From NCBI RefSeq assembly GCF_009914755.1, contig NC_060938.1: DNA of 64,000 bases. One strand, given 5' to 3'. The position numbers were made by a program, and so were the translations under genes. The notes under the pieces are model-generated. The model was not told the DNA's origin. It saw only the letters and a program-made list of their open reading frames with translations, and made no database searches. This document shows, one piece after another, positions 60,457-64,000 of the stretch (its first letter is position 1; each line of letters starts with the position of its first letter). The stretch is from the human T2T-CHM13v2.0 reference genome, Homo sapiens.

Positions 60457-61238
60457 TATTTTTCCAGCCTTAGAATATTCATTTGTTTATTGTACACAGA
60501 CTAGGTTTTGCTGAAAATTTCAACAGGGTCTCCTATTTTCTTGAGAATGTAATTTACATTTACTTAAAAACTTGTCTAACAACTCCGGTATCTCATTTGC
60601 CTGAGTGTCTAATTCTATTATATGTTTGTTCTCTTAATTTTGGGCCCTTTGATTTTTTTCTCCTGGTGGTACACCTGAAAACTTTATATTAAATGTTACA
60701 GGTTATGTATACAACACTGCAGAGATAATCTGTGCCTCAGGATCTGACTAATGTAGTCTTCCTCCAGAAAATATTCTAATTCTAGCAAGGCAGTCAGGCT
60801 AGCGGCAGATTGTCCTAATCCAATACAACTATTGGCCTCCCAACCCTGTAAAAAAGCTTCCCCTTCCAGTTTAGAAGAATATTAGACTGTAATTAAGATT
60901 CAGATAATTTGTAGCTGGGTTTTGGTCTTGTGAGAGATGATTTATTTCTGGTGTGCTCTTAGTACTTGAGCATATACTTTTAGAACCCCAACCAAAAAAT
61001 TAGAGATAAGGGTCCCTTTTTCCTTGATTGGGCTTAATTCCAATTTTGTTTCCTCAGCCCCATGAGACCTCCAATATCTCTGACAAGCTTCTTAGTCTCT
61101 CAGCTGCTTATTGGTAGTTGACAAACGCCTCAAGGGGAAAAGCAGTGCCAAAAACAAGGCTCATCTTTCACCGCTTTCTGTTTCTCCAAGGTACTGACTC
61201 CTCAAGTCCTAACTGCTTTGGTTGTTCTCCAATGTCCT

Positions 61239-61241
<3 letters not shown>

Positions 61242-61290
<49 letters not shown>
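61242..61290. repeat. (AC)n microsatellite, ~24 units, perfect
   Basis: Seen directly. Confidence 0.97.
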
Positions 61291-61291
<1 letters not shown>

Positions 61292-63000
61292 TCCATACAG
61301 TTTTTCTTGTAGTTGTTGGTGGAAGAATGAATTGGTACAAGATACTTTATCATCATCTAAATAAAAATTCAATACATAATACTTAAAGTTTAGATATATC
61401 CATCTATATAACCCCAAAGGTCCAAATTAGAAGGATAGAGAAGGGAGGATTACAAAGAATGAAAGAAATAGAAGGGTAGAAGAAATAAATAAATAGAAGG
61501 ATTTAAAAAATGCAATTAGGTGAAAACATTAGTTCTCTGACAACAATAGATGAAAGAGTTTTTATAAGAAAGTTTATGCCTAATAAATAGCATGTGATTA
61601 TGGAAAACGTGTGACTGGGACAGGTATTGAGTCAGCTTAATACATGAAAAGAGAGACATATTGTGAGAATGATCAGGAATAGTTCTGAAGAGGAGATGAC
61701 CATTCAGATGAGGCATAAATCCTAGTAGAAGTTAGACACATGACAAAAAAATGTAAAATTTATAGTTGCTTGAAAGCTTTATTTTTCTAGAAAGAAAAGA
61801 ATCATTTCAATATTTCAAAACATTATGCCTATAAGAGTTTGAGGTTTAAATTGCCATACACCAGTTAAACTTAAAATCTCAGGTTTTATCTTTTCATTGA
61901 TCAGTCAAATTTGGCACTTACTTTAATTTTCATTTCTGTTCTGACCTGAATATAAGACTGGCATACTAAATTTAATTGCACTCAGCTTAATTGCTCCTCG
62001 ATTTTTGACTCATTATTTGAGTTAAATAAGTCAACATTTTAGAAGTGGGCAGGGAGCACTGATAAGTGAAACACTGAAAGCATGTCTCTTAGCTACGTAC
62101 TGAATTGGACAGACAGCACTGATTGAGGTCAAATTTGACCCTACACATTTTTACATATTTGGAAACACATTAAACATTAATATTTACTTTTCTTGACTCT
62201 ATCCTCTTTGTTTATTATCACAGTAATGCAAATATTATATATCATACTGATATATGACCAGTGGTAGATGTGAGTGCTAATGCAGAATGTGCCCTACCAA
62301 CATATAAATATGTCTTCACTACTAAACAATATAGAGGTTTCTAAACCTCCGATCAGTTTCTAGACTTTTTTCTTGTATCTATGTTCATAAATTGGAAGAA
62401 AACAAGAAAATACATTTATAATTATGTGATTAGTAAGACTGTAACTGAATTTTGAGTATAACTACAAAAGAATTGAGGGACAACTTGATAAAGCAATTTA
62501 TTAATTTAACTGGTTGCTGTAAAAAGAACAATAATCAGTTAATCTTCACATCCAATGGGACTGAATTACCAGATTTGAATCAAATGTTGTTTAAAAATTG
62601 AATGATGATTAAAGTACTACCTGATGAAGAAGAAGTCTGTAATACTTGGGAAATTGTCTATAAGTTTATCTAGGACTGCTCACGATACTACAATCTGAGT
62701 GACTTAAAGGATTATCTTCTTGGCTTTGGGCAAACAGATGTCAATGCAAAGCCCAAGAATTTCACTTATATGAGATGGAATTGAGTTCATGTTTAGCAAT
62801 AAATTGGAAACCTGTAGATCAAAAAACTAATACAAATATGTGGACATCTCTTTGTCAAATACTAAAATTGTTCAGTGAAAAATAGTGAAACTTGTGAAAT
62901 AGAGTACTAGCTTGAAAGAAAATAATCTCCACACATTTTAAATTATTCTTTTTCTATGTGGACCGTCAACTGTCAACTAATATTTCTAAGGACAAATGGT

Positions 63001-63055
63001 TGTGTGTTTGTGTGTGTGTGTGTGTGTATGTGTGTGTCTGTGTCTGTGTGTGTGT
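63001..63055. repeat. Imperfect (TG)n microsatellite
   Basis: Seen directly. Confidence 0.9.
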
Positions 63056-64000
63056 TTGCTTATTCAGATGAGGAACAGGCAGACAAGATGAAAAGTTTAT
63101 GTAAAAACAATATTTTTATTGATAAACAAGAGAATGCAAATGCACAAATTTGGGCTAACTTTTCACAAATCAATTCTAATCATTGATGAGAATATTTTGT
63201 TGTTGTTGCTATTGTTATTAATGCATGTCTTCGATGCAAATTCACCTAAGTTTTAATATCTTCCTGCTCTTGTTAAGCTTTACCCCACAGGACAGAATTA
63301 ACTTTTTCTTTCCTTTTGAAATACTTATCTTTAGATTGGTCATGCCTATCACATGGAGCATTGTTCATATGAGAATCATGGTATCAATTCTTTTCAAAAA
63401 CCTCTCCTTTTATCCCACTGGCAATGGATAACACAGTATGGAATCTGTGCAAAGGGAAACTCCAGAAACCAAATTCTTCTGGATGCTAACAATGCTTCCC
63501 CTGGGCATAGTGAGAAGGGTCTCAATTAACCTGCTCTCCATGTTCTAACTAGACACAGGAAGCCCTTTAGTCACCAGCAATGGAGTTTCATTAAGACCAC
63601 TTCACTGGGTGTGTAACAAAGCTCCTTCCAGGAAGCAAACGAGAAACTCTAGTCAGATTGTAGAATTGCCCAAACATTGGGGTCCCTGCTTTTACAAAGC
63701 AAAAATTGTGTAATGGCACCAGAGGCTCCTTAGTAAGCTAACAACCCTATGGAGCAACAAAGATCAGGCTAAAAATCATGGAGTTTCTGATTGAAGCTGA
63801 ATTTGAATTGCCATTTCAATTCTTTCCTCAAGAAAACTATTCAATTAATCTGCATGGATCGTTTTGGGAAAAAAAAATGTTGTTCAAATGATTGCAAGGG
63901 AGGATGAATGAAACTTTTTTGTTAAAAAAAAAAAGATGCATTTTGAAACTTTTACTTCTCAGGCCCATCAAGGCTGGAAATTTCTGAAAGGGATATTTCT

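Larger units (their letters stand above)
57190..61330 (-). mobile_element. Cluster of ancient L1M (L1ME-like) fragments
   Basis: Reverse L1 motifs such as atacatcagctatacttttgcttg, agtgcttgtaccaacttttactgccc, ctctaaccattcttgtgggtat and gcttcagtttggataatt. Boundaries are approximate. Confidence 0.7.

Noticed and set aside
62590-62800. Coding-looking stretch (MIKVLPDEEEVCNTWEIVYKFI*...)
   Set aside because: It contains in-frame stops and matches nothing I recognise; a tblastx or Dfam search would be needed.

Overview
This is AT-rich, CpG-depleted primate (most likely human) intronic or intergenic DNA dominated by interspersed repeats. I recognise no host protein-coding exon, tRNA, rRNA or CRISPR array. 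The long ORFs are either LINE-1 ORF1/ORF2 remnants or artefacts of a 1.1-kb alternating purine-pyrimidine tract. Main contents: two 5'-inverted (twin-primed) L1PA insertions with target-site duplications (TSDs); a full-length L1PA7-like element carrying a nested younger L1 with a short apparent 3' transduction; older L1 fragments; four Alus with TSDs; MLT1, MLT2 and LTR16 LTRs; MER5A and MER104 DNA transposons; and many L2 and MIR relics. Structure the repeats do not explain includes a 111-bp near-perfect inverted duplication with copies 2.1 kb apart, a tandem hairpin repair scar inside L1, an older ~57-bp dispersed duplication, a strong CTCF motif and a speculative minus-strand ATG|GTAAGT first exon. 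I cannot support a novel biological system from this sequence. Subfamily names come from recalled consensus features, not from a search.
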